Shown here: piece after piece, positions 6,337 to 13,520 of the stretch
Layout: every line of letters starts with the position of its first letter
Numbering within the stretch: the first letter of the stretch is position 1
Assembly (NCBI GenBank): GCA_031422435.1
Contig: JANPLU010000125.1
Coordinates: 1-13,520, forward strand
Direction of reading: 5' to 3'
Source of the DNA: Acaryochloridaceae cyanobacterium VAR_48_metabat_390
GTDB taxonomy: Bacteria; Cyanobacteriota; Cyanobacteriia; Thermosynechococcales; Thermosynechococcaceae
Length of the DNA stretch: 13,520 bases
The notes under the pieces: model-generated
The model's input: the letters and a program-made list of their open reading frames with translations, nothing else
Databases searched by the model: none
Told to the model about the DNA's origin: nothing
Position numbers and translations under genes: made by a program

Positions 6337-6549
6337 TTAGAGGTTAAATACTTCATCTTCAATACCAACCCACCACTCGCCTAAATTCATCAGTGCCGCA
6401 TGGAGTTCTTCTACCTCGCGCATGTACTCATCGGGGGGCGTACTATCACGTCGCTCTTGGAGTTTTTTAAGGCGAAGCTGAATCAATAGCCAAGGCTTAG
6501 AAATGCCGTCAGTTTCTTCAATGTATCGCGCAAGCTGACCGCTATCCAT
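6337..6549 (-). CDS. Small conserved-looking cyanobacterial hypothetical protein (70 aa)
   Basis: Clean ORF filling an intergenic gap, with motifs SKPWLL.QLRL.KL.E and LGEWW.G.E.EVF. Confidence 0.8.
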   Translation of the reverse strand: MDSGQLARYIEETDGISKPWLLIQLRLKKLQERRDSTPPDEYMREVEELHAALMNLGEWWVGIEDEVFNL

Positions 6550-6644
6550 AATGAGGTTTAACAGGGTAAAGGATCAATGGGGAAAAGCTTTAAACAATTT
6601 GCTCTGAGTTCATTCTAAAGCGTTTCTTGAAGCTGCATCATAAA

Positions 6645-7829
6645 CTAATCTTGCTGAGAAAGCCGCTTTACAGATTGACTACTAAAGCGCTTATGGGCAG
6701 ACTTCAAAATGCTTGGAATTTTCGCCGCATTGGGGCTACTTAAAAGGCTGGCTTGAAGATCTAGCGCATTGACTTGGGTGGCCTGTTGACCTACAAACCA
6801 ATGTCCACCGTTACCCAAAAGGTTGTAGCGCATTTTGGCATACTCTTCTAGGTCGTAGGCATTCGCTAGGTTCCATAGCCATAAAATAGCAGGGATGTTT
6901 ATGCCGCTAGGCGTAGATTCAGGGGACGGTAAGCCTTGATGCCAAGTTTTGTACCAGTCTTTGCCCAGCGTTGAAATCGCCGCTTCTTCTAGCCGCGCTA
7001 AAATTGCGGGAAGCACCTCGTCTGCACGATCCAATCGATCAAGTGCCTCCAGATGTTCATCAAAATCAGAGGGTTTAGAGGCTCCTATACTCAAGGTATG
7101 TACCTGAGCATGACTCAAACAAAACAAGTCATTAAAGACCATTGGGCTAATCGGCATACAGAGATCCACCAGCTTTTGAGGTGGGCTGTATAGTTTGCCG
7201 CCCTTATCTGAAGGGCTAATAATAAAGACCCCCATATCGTGTCGTTGGGCATCTAAAATAGCAGGCCAGTTATTCTGAAAAATGTAGTACCAGTGCAGGT
7301 TGATGTAGTCGAAAGCATTGGTGGCGATCGCCTTCTGAATCAGCTTTGTTGACCCGTGGGTCGAAAACCCAATAAAACGCACTTTCCCTTCTGCACGAAG
7401 CTGTTGAGCAACTTCAAGACAGCCCCCTGCCCGAACCGTGTCATGGAGCAACGCTTCGTTATTAATACCGTGAACCCCCAACAGATCCACGTAATCTAGC
7501 TTTAGATAAGCCAGTGACTTCTCAAAGGTCTTGCGGAATTCCTTAGCATCGGAAGTCGGCGAAACCTTCGTTTGAACGGTTAACTGATCGCGACGAAAGG
7601 TGGGCAAAATCTGTCCTAACTGCATCTCTGAAGAGCCATAGCCCCGTGCCGTTTCAATATGATTAATGCCCAATTCAACGGCACGCCGAATGGTTGCCTC
7701 CAAGTTATTTTGGCTGTCATCAGGCACCTGGTCCAGCGGCACATCCTGCCACTTATGCTGGTAACGCATCCCCCCGCAGGACAATACGGGCATCTGGATT
7801 TCAGTGCGTCCAAAGCGTCGATACAGCAT
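6645..7829 (-). CDS. Aldo/keto reductase (COG1453-like); start at 7829 or 7841
   Basis: MLYRRFGRTE, GINHIETARGYG.SE, QTKV, SL..LKLDYVDL..VHG, GKVRFIGFSTH. The ORF-track extension to 7931 runs through the rpiA terminator. Confidence 0.92.
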   Translation of the reverse strand: MLYRRFGRTEIQMPVLSCGGMRYQHKWQDVPLDQVPDDSQNNLEATIRRAVELGINHIETARGYGSSEMQLGQILPTFRRDQLTVQTKVSPTSDAKEFRKTFEKSLAYLKLDYVDLLGVHGINNEALLHDTVRAGGCLEVAQQLRAEGKVRFIGFSTHGSTKLIQKAIATNAFDYINLHWYYIFQNNWPAILDAQRHDMGVFIISPSDKGGKLYSPPQKLVDLCMPISPMVFNDLFCLSHAQVHTLSIGASKPSDFDEHLEALDRLDRADEVLPAILARLEEAAISTLGKDWYKTWHQGLPSPESTPSGINIPAILWLWNLANAYDLEEYAKMRYNLLGNGGHWFVGQQATQVNALDLQASLLSSPNAAKIPSILKSAHKRFSSQSVKRLSQQD

Positions 7830-7895
7830 CCGTTCACTCATATTCCTTCGCCTATATTCTAGACACAACCCATAAGTCCTCGAATGACCTGCATT

Positions 7896-7928
7896 AAAAA
7901 GGCGGTGAGATGCTGTCTCACCGCCTTT
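7896..7928 (-). terminator. Intrinsic terminator downstream of rpiA
   Basis: GGCGGTGAGA 7901-7910 / TCTCACCGCC 7916-7925 perfect stem with a 5-nt loop. A5 at 7896-7900 gives a U-tract on the minus strand. Confidence 0.85.
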
Positions 7929-7951
7929 CAAAATAGCCTTGAAACTATCCG

Positions 7952-8662
7952 CTACATTTCTCTAACAATAGGCTGTCCGTCTTTAATTTCGCCAATCAGC
8001 ACAATGTCGGTAACACCTACAAAAATGCCGTTTTCTAGAACACCTGGGATGTTGTTTAAGGTCTTTTCGAGTTCGGCAGGATTGGGAATGGAGGCAAAAG
8101 TGACGTCTAGCACCATATTGCCCTGGTCGGTAATGACAGGGCCATCTTTTTTGATACCCATGCGAAGCTCCGGTTTGCCGCCAAGCTGCTCTAAAGCACG
8201 GGTAACAGGGGCGATCGCCATAGGTAAAACCTCAACGGGCACCGGAAAAGTAGAACCCAGCGCAGTGACAATTTTGGACTGATCGACGACCACAATAAAA
8301 AGTTCGGCGAGAGAATCCACGACTTTCTCGCGGGTGTGGGCAGCCCCGCCACCCTTGATCAGATTTTTTTGCGGATCGACTTCATCCGCTCCATCGATCG
8401 CAATATGAATCCGCTCCACTTCATCCAGCGTGGTCAGAGGGATGCCGTACTGCTTGGCGAGGACAGAGGCTTGAAAGGAGGTGGGTATGCCTTTGATATC
8501 GGTGAGTTCACCCGATTTGAGGCGATCGCCCAAATATTGAATGGCAAAGGCGGTGGTTGAGCCAGTCCCCAGCCCCACAATGGAACCGGACTGCACGCGG
8601 TCGGCGGCGGCTTTACCCACCTGCTGTTTCATAATTTTAACGGCGTCTGCCCCATTGCTCAT
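7952..8662 (-). CDS. rpiA: Ribose-5-phosphate isomerase A
   Basis: [50 protein letters not shown]. Confidence 0.98.
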   Translation of the reverse strand: MSNGADAVKIMKQQVGKAAADRVQSGSIVGLGTGSTTAFAIQYLGDRLKSGELTDIKGIPTSFQASVLAKQYGIPLTTLDEVERIHIAIDGADEVDPQKNLIKGGGAAHTREKVVDSLAELFIVVVDQSKIVTALGSTFPVPVEVLPMAIAPVTRALEQLGGKPELRMGIKKDGPVITDQGNMVLDVTFASIPNPAELEKTLNNIPGVLENGIFVGVTDIVLIGEIKDGQPIVREM

Positions 8663-8932
8663 ATCAAACCCTCAAGCCTATTCTTTATATTGTCTCTAAG
8701 AATGCCGCAAAGTGTCACCACTGCCTAGGGGTCAAGTCAGGCATCTCCGCGATGCAGCGCAAAAGTATATTTTATTTAGGTTCCTGTATCCACGTGCTTC
8801 TCCTGCACTTATAACTGCTCCTATCGTTCTGCCACCAAGTGTGACAAACTGCTGCAACCCCGTTATGGTCGGTGACGTACCGTCCTAAAATGAAAACGCC
8901 CAATCTTGTGCAGAACGATTTGCTTGAGCAGC

Positions 8933-9832
8933 ATGACGACCGAAGCTCTCCCTGTTTCTAGGCGCAAGCTATGGCTTGCGGCAATCAAGCCGCCCATGTA
9001 TAGCGTGGCAGTGGTGCCTATTTGGGTGGGGACAGCAATCGCCCAATCGACCCAGCATCATATCAACGGTTGGGTTGCCTCAACATTTTTGCTCTCTGCC
9101 ATTAGCATTGTGGCGTGGAGTAACGTCAGCAACGATGTCTACGATGCAGAGACAGGCATTGACCAAAATAAGCATCATTCCCTCGTTAACCTGACGGGCA
9201 ATCGCCCCCTCATGTTTTGGATTGGTAATGGATTACTGGCATTGGGCGTGCTGGGCATTGTGGCGATCGCCCTCCTCCAGCAAGACTTCACGGTATTAGG
9301 GCTGGTGCTGCTGTGCTGTTTTTTGGGCTATCTCTACCAAGGCCCCCCGTTCCGGCTGGGCTATAAAGGCTTGGGTGAATTTCTGTGCTTTTTTGCCTAT
9401 GGCCCCCTGGCGCTTTCGGCGGTGTACTATAGCCAAACGAAAAGCTGGTCGATAACGGTTTTGTGCACCTCGGTGTTTTTGGGCATTATCACCAGCATTA
9501 TTTTGTTTTGCTCCCACTTTCATCAGGTCGAAGATGATGTTGCGGCAGGGAAGCGATCGCCCATCGTTCGCCTCGGCACAAAACGCGGTGCGGCGCTGCT
9601 GCCGTGGCTGTGTGGCACGGCCTATGGCTCAGTTTTGCTATTCGTAATTTTAGGGTTCATGCCCGTAGGCTCTCTCCTCACCTTGGGGAGTCTACCGTTT
9701 GCCATTAAGCTGTGTCAGTTTGTGGGGCAGCATCACGACCAACCTCAACGGGTCAATAACTGCAAATTTATTGCCGTGGCGCTGCATTTTTGGAGTGGTC
9801 TGCTGCTGGGTCTTGGCTTTTTGCTACTGTGA
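8933..9832 (+). CDS. menA: 1,4-dihydroxy-2-naphthoate (2-carboxy-1,4-naphthoquinone) phytyltransferase, UbiA family
   Basis: LWLAAIKPPMYSVA, NVSNDVYDAETGID, YQGPPFRLGY.GLGE, SHFHQVEDD..AGKRSPIVRLG; multi-TM; adjacent to menC. ATG 8933 preferred over TTG 8906. Confidence 0.95.
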   Translation: MTTEALPVSRRKLWLAAIKPPMYSVAVVPIWVGTAIAQSTQHHINGWVASTFLLSAISIVAWSNVSNDVYDAETGIDQNKHHSLVNLTGNRPLMFWIGNGLLALGVLGIVAIALLQQDFTVLGLVLLCCFLGYLYQGPPFRLGYKGLGEFLCFFAYGPLALSAVYYSQTKSWSITVLCTSVFLGIITSIILFCSHFHQVEDDVAAGKRSPIVRLGTKRGAALLPWLCGTAYGSVLLFVILGFMPVGSLLTLGSLPFAIKLCQFVGQHHDQPQRVNNCKFIAVALHFWSGLLLGLGFLLL

Positions 9833-10761
9833 GCTGCTATCGCTTGCGGTTCAAGCCCTATCAGTGGTCATTTGAGCAGCCGCTTCAGACCCATCATGGC
9901 CTATGGAAAGTCCGAGAAGGACTCATCATTGGGCTTGAGCAGAAAGATGGTGTCATCGGCTGGGGAGAGGTTGCGCCCATTCCTTGGTTTGGTACAGAGA
10001 CATTGGAGAAGGCGATCGCCTTTTGCAAAAGCCTTCCTAGCGTACTGAGCGAATCAGACATTCTTTGTGTTCCCAACGCTCTACCAGCCTGTCAGTTCGG
10101 TTTTGGCAGTGCCTGGGAATCCCTGTCTACGCCTCCAACTACGATAAAAATGAAACCTTCGCAGCTAAGCGCCCTACTGCCTGCGGGGGAAGCTGCACTA
10201 TCGGCTTGGCCTAGCCTCTGGGAAAATGGGCATCGTACCCTTAAGTGGAAGATTGGGGTTTTAGAAGTTCTGCAAGAGCTGGAGCTATTCCAAGGCTTGG
10301 CAGCAGCATTGCCCGAAAATGCAATACTACGCCTCGATGCAAACGGTGGGCTGACGTTAGAACAGGCACAGCAGTGGTTAGAAAACTGCGATCGCACCTC
10401 TCACATCACCATCGAATATTTAGAGCAGCCGCTCCCGCCCGATCAGTTTGAAGCGATGATGCAGCTCACTCAAGCCTATAAAACCCCCCTTGCCCTAGAT
10501 GAATCTGTGGCGACGGTGGCTCAGCTCACGCAATGTCATGGGCGTGGGTGGCGTGGGGTGATGGTGGTTAAAGTGGCGATCGCCGGATATCCCCAAGCGC
10601 TCAGAGAATTCCTCAACGCTCATTCTGTAGAAGTGGTCTTTTCTTCTGCCTTTGAAACAGAGGTAGGTCGCACGGCGGCGTTAGCATTAGCCCAAGCCTT
10701 TAACATTAGCGATAGAGCCATTGGCTTTGGGGTGAAACCGAGTATCGCTTCCCTAAGCTAA
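9829..10761 (+). CDS. menC: o-succinylbenzoate synthase (enolase superfamily)
   Basis: GWGEVAP.PWFG.E, KWKIG (KxK), LRLDANG, EQP, ALDES, SSAFET. GTG 9829 overlaps the menA stop (GTGA). Confidence 0.93.
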   Translation: MSCYRLRFKPYQWSFEQPLQTHHGLWKVREGLIIGLEQKDGVIGWGEVAPIPWFGTETLEKAIAFCKSLPSVLSESDILCVPNALPACQFGFGSAWESLSTPPTTIKMKPSQLSALLPAGEAALSAWPSLWENGHRTLKWKIGVLEVLQELELFQGLAAALPENAILRLDANGGLTLEQAQQWLENCDRTSHITIEYLEQPLPPDQFEAMMQLTQAYKTPLALDESVATVAQLTQCHGRGWRGVMVVKVAIAGYPQALREFLNAHSVEVVFSSAFETEVGRTAALALAQAFNISDRAIGFGVKPSIASLS

Positions 10762-11460
10762 ATACTGAATCCATTCAGAAACAATTTCTGGGGAGCCATA
10801 CCAGCAGTGATTCTTCCCCTGTTTGACCGAGGCTGAAGACGAAGGCGAATGCTGAACGTTATTTAATATCAGGTTGGTGGCACCATCTAAGTGAGCTGCC
10901 TCAATGGGCGTAATTCCATCTCCCCAACATTGACCTATACCCCCCGTAATCTGGTAGCTCTGGTAGGTAAACCATTTCCCCAGACGAAAACTGGGTTTGC
11001 CATAGATGGCTTTGCCTGCAATACAGACATACTTAACCGCAGAGTGAAACGCGCCTGGATAGGTTGTATTCACAAAATCTATATTGCGGCGTGTCCAGCG
11101 TTCTTGGCTGGTGTGTGGGGTGCCCAAGGTGATGAGGGTATTGACTAAGGGCTGACCATTCCAACTGCGATCGCAGTACCTCTCTTTGCCCAAATAAATC
11201 CGCGAAATCCAGCCCCCCGCAGAATGACCGATTAAGTTAACCTGGGTGACCTGATGCTGAGCTAGCGTTTGCCGAATGGTCTGATCGAGAATATCCAAAA
11301 TGGGAGTAACAGGCCGCCCACCTAACGTAACCCACCAGCTTTGGCGCGTTAGCGGTACCGTCACCGTAGGGAATCCAGCCTGATTGAGAGACTGCTCTAA
11401 CCCTAAATAGTCAGAGGCAGCAGCAAGATATCCTGGCAAAATAACAGTCGGTAGCGGCAT
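10753..11460 (-). CDS. Alpha/beta hydrolase, esterase/lipase family
   Basis: Oxyanion motif ILPGY, nucleophile elbow GHSAGG, TLGTPH, GDGITP (Asp), HSP (His). Confidence 0.9.
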   Translation of the reverse strand: MPLPTVILPGYLAAASDYLGLEQSLNQAGFPTVTVPLTRQSWWVTLGGRPVTPILDILDQTIRQTLAQHQVTQVNLIGHSAGGWISRIYLGKERYCDRSWNGQPLVNTLITLGTPHTSQERWTRRNIDFVNTTYPGAFHSAVKYVCIAGKAIYGKPSFRLGKWFTYQSYQITGGIGQCWGDGITPIEAAHLDGATNLILNNVQHSPSSSASVKQGKNHCWYGSPEIVSEWIQYLA

Positions 11461-11532
11461 AAATATGATCCCGTAGCGGCAAAGGCGATAATAATGAGAA
11501 AATAACAGCAGTCTATCAAGCGTCTTTGTCTT

Positions 11533-12273
11533 GTGAATACCGTCCGAACCGTCTCTGATACAAAACGAGCCTTCTATACCTTACATACCCGTCCCGTTTC
11601 GTCGGTGTACCGACGGGTGGTAGAAGAGCTGATGGTGGAAATCCATCTGCTTCGCGTTAATGAAGATTTCCGCAATGACCCCATCTTTGCCCTTGGAGTG
11701 GTTGGCACCTTTGATCGCTTTATGGCGGGCTATGAGCCAGCAGCAGATCGAGACTCTATTTTTAGGGCGCTCTGTGGTGCGGAAGAACTAGATCCTAACC
11801 AGTTCCGTGCCTCTGCTGAGTCTGCTAAAGTTGCTGCTGCAGGACACAGCTCAGAAGATTTGCTAGCCTGGGTGACAGAATCTGCTGCGTCTGGCGGCGA
11901 AGGGATGGCGGGGACACTTCATGCGATCGCCACAAACCCTAAATTTAAGTACAGTCGTCTGTTCGCCATTGGTCTATACAACTTACTTGAGTCTGCCGAT
12001 CCGGCTTTAGTGACTGACGCAGAGAAGCTAAATAAGTCCATCGACGAAATAGCGGTGCCCTTAAACCTTTCGGCAACCAAAATTCAGCGTGATCTTGAGC
12101 TATATCGCGGCAATATAGATAAGCTAGAGCAAGCCCAGAAAGCAATGGCTGAGTTTATTGAAGGGGAGCGTCGCCGTCAGCAAAAGCGGGCTGAAGAACT
12201 TCAGCAGAAGGCTGATGCCGCCGCTGAAGCGCCCGTTACTCCAGAGCCTGATTCGGCTGCGCCCTCTGCCTAA
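11533..12273 (+). CDS. psb29: Photosystem II biogenesis protein Psb29 (THF1 family)
   Basis: RTVSDTKRAFY..H.RP..S.YRRVVEELMVE.HLL, DPIFALG.V..FDRFM.GY.P, FKYSRLFAIGL, DLELYR.N.DK. Confidence 0.96.
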   Translation: MNTVRTVSDTKRAFYTLHTRPVSSVYRRVVEELMVEIHLLRVNEDFRNDPIFALGVVGTFDRFMAGYEPAADRDSIFRALCGAEELDPNQFRASAESAKVAAAGHSSEDLLAWVTESAASGGEGMAGTLHAIATNPKFKYSRLFAIGLYNLLESADPALVTDAEKLNKSIDEIAVPLNLSATKIQRDLELYRGNIDKLEQAQKAMAEFIEGERRRQQKRAEELQQKADAAAEAPVTPEPDSAAPSA

Positions 12274-12307
12274 AAGAGCCGTATAACGTTTAGCAGGAAC
12301 GATTTCT

Positions 12308-13270
12308 ATGTCCACGGTGCCTGTTTCTTTGGTGCGTGCTACTGGCTATGGCGATCGCTCCACCCTGCGCTATGCCATTGAAAAGCTGCTCGAACCTCTA
12401 AGCGGGATGAGTGCCTTTGTAAAAAAGGGCAATCGCGTGTTGCTTAAGCCCAATCTGCTCACGGGCGCACGACCCACTAAAGAATGCACCACTCGCCCAG
12501 AGGTGGTGTACTGCGTAGCGCAGTTGGTCAAAGAAGCAGGCGGCAAACCCTTTTTAGGCGATGGCCCTGCCTTTGGATCAGCCTATGGAGTAGCCAAGGC
12601 AAATGGTTATTTGCCCATGCTGCAAGAGTTAGACATTCCCGTCGTCGAGTTTCATCGCGCACGGTACAAAGCTGTGGGCGAGGCGTTTGATCATCTGCGG
12701 CTTTCTAAGGAAGTGATGAATGCAGATGTAGTGATTAACTTACCCAAGGTAAAGTCTCACATGCAGTTGACTTTGACCTTGGGGGTCAAAAACCTGTTTG
12801 GCTGCGTCCCTGGCAAAATGAAGGCGTGGTGGCATCTAGAAGCAGGTAAAGACGCGGATCGGTTTGGCGAAATGCTGGTGGAAACTGCCCGTACCATTAA
12901 CCCAGATTTGACCATCTTGGACGGCATTATTGGGCATGAAGGAAACGGGCCAAGCGGCGGCGAACCTAGAAATTTGGGTGTGTTGGCAGCTTCTGCCAAT
13001 GTGTTTGCTCTTGACCGTTCTTTAGTTGAAATCCTGAAGGTAGATCCTTGCTTAATTCCCACCCAAAGAGCTGCAAAACGCTTGGGGTTAAATGATACAG
13101 TCATTCACTATCCGCTACTGTTCCCTCGAGATTTAGCGATTGATGACTGGCGACTGCCCGACAAAATGATGCCCATTGATTTTGGTGCGCCGCGCGTTCT
13201 ACGCTCTACCTTTAAGCACCTGTATATCCGCTGGATTAAAGAGCCAATGACCGCTTATGCTGGCCGATGA
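12308..13270 (+). CDS. DUF362 domain-containing protein
   Basis: RVLLKPNLL, TTRPEVV, D.VINLPKVKSH....LTLGVKNLFGCVPG..K..WH, DLTILDGIIGHEGNGPSGG. Confidence 0.9.
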   Translation: MSTVPVSLVRATGYGDRSTLRYAIEKLLEPLSGMSAFVKKGNRVLLKPNLLTGARPTKECTTRPEVVYCVAQLVKEAGGKPFLGDGPAFGSAYGVAKANGYLPMLQELDIPVVEFHRARYKAVGEAFDHLRLSKEVMNADVVINLPKVKSHMQLTLTLGVKNLFGCVPGKMKAWWHLEAGKDADRFGEMLVETARTINPDLTILDGIIGHEGNGPSGGEPRNLGVLAASANVFALDRSLVEILKVDPCLIPTQRAAKRLGLNDTVIHYPLLFPRDLAIDDWRLPDKMMPIDFGAPRVLRSTFKHLYIRWIKEPMTAYAGR

Positions 13271-13315
13271 GAAGATTTAAAAGAGTTTTATTCACCTGTT
13301 AGTCAAAATTGCATT

Positions 13316-13351
13316 TAGAAAAGCGCCCCTCAATGAGGGGCGCCTTTTCTA
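13316..13351. terminator. Bidirectional intrinsic terminator between the convergent DUF362 gene and psbA
   Basis: TAGAAAA-GCGCCCCTC-aat-GAGGGGCGC-c-TTTTCTA: GC stem flanked by A- and T-tracts. Confidence 0.85.
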
Positions 13352-13375
13352 TCTTACGTTCAGTTCAGCTAGAGA

Positions 13376-13520
<145 letters not shown>

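Larger units (their letters stand above)
979..12358. repeat. Dispersed HIP1 octamers (GCGATCGC), 18 copies
   Basis: Found by eye starting at 979, 1837, 2122, 2864, 4180, 4957, 5486, 7324, 8211, 8522, 9263, 9553, 10012, 10388, 10576, 11167, 11923, 12351. Confidence 0.9.

Noticed and set aside
7842..7931. N-terminal extension of the aldo/keto reductase in the ORF track
   Set aside because: Runs through the rpiA terminator from a TTG start; family-like sequence begins at MLYRRFGRT.
8663..8932. NtcA site or sRNA in the rpiA-menA divergent intergenic region
   Set aside because: No GTA-N8-TAC and no strong hairpin seen; only a possible -10 TAAAAT at 8886-8891.
2258..13104. Remaining short overlapping or antisense ORFs in the track (e.g. 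2734-3027, 3178-3435, 4074-4379, 7884-8282, 10092-10397, 12757-13104)
   Set aside because: They are shadows of well-supported genes and have no recognisable motifs.

Overview
Cyanobacterial chromosomal DNA, judged from 18 HIP1 octamers (GCGATCGC) counted by eye plus psbA, psb29 and phylloquinone genes. Positions ~1452-13520 are ordinary housekeeping genes: ABC ATPase and permease, thrS, tsaC, a DUF4359-like protein, a small conserved protein, an aldo/keto reductase, rpiA, menA-menC, an alpha/beta hydrolase, psb29, a DUF362 protein and the 3' end of psbA. The first ~1.46 kb looks like one end of an integrated phage- or satellite-like element. It has two leftward ORFs missing from the ORF track and a divergent promoter region with repeated TAGCGCTA boxes. 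The rightward side is a translationally coupled unit of an XRE regulator, a 29-aa RHH-like fragment that begins at a HIP1 site, and a coiled-coil membrane protein. The leftward region also holds competing RNA helices and a possible pseudoknot. An att-like junction centred on the ABC ATPase start codon closes the segment. No integrase is visible in the window, so the mobile-element call is an inference.
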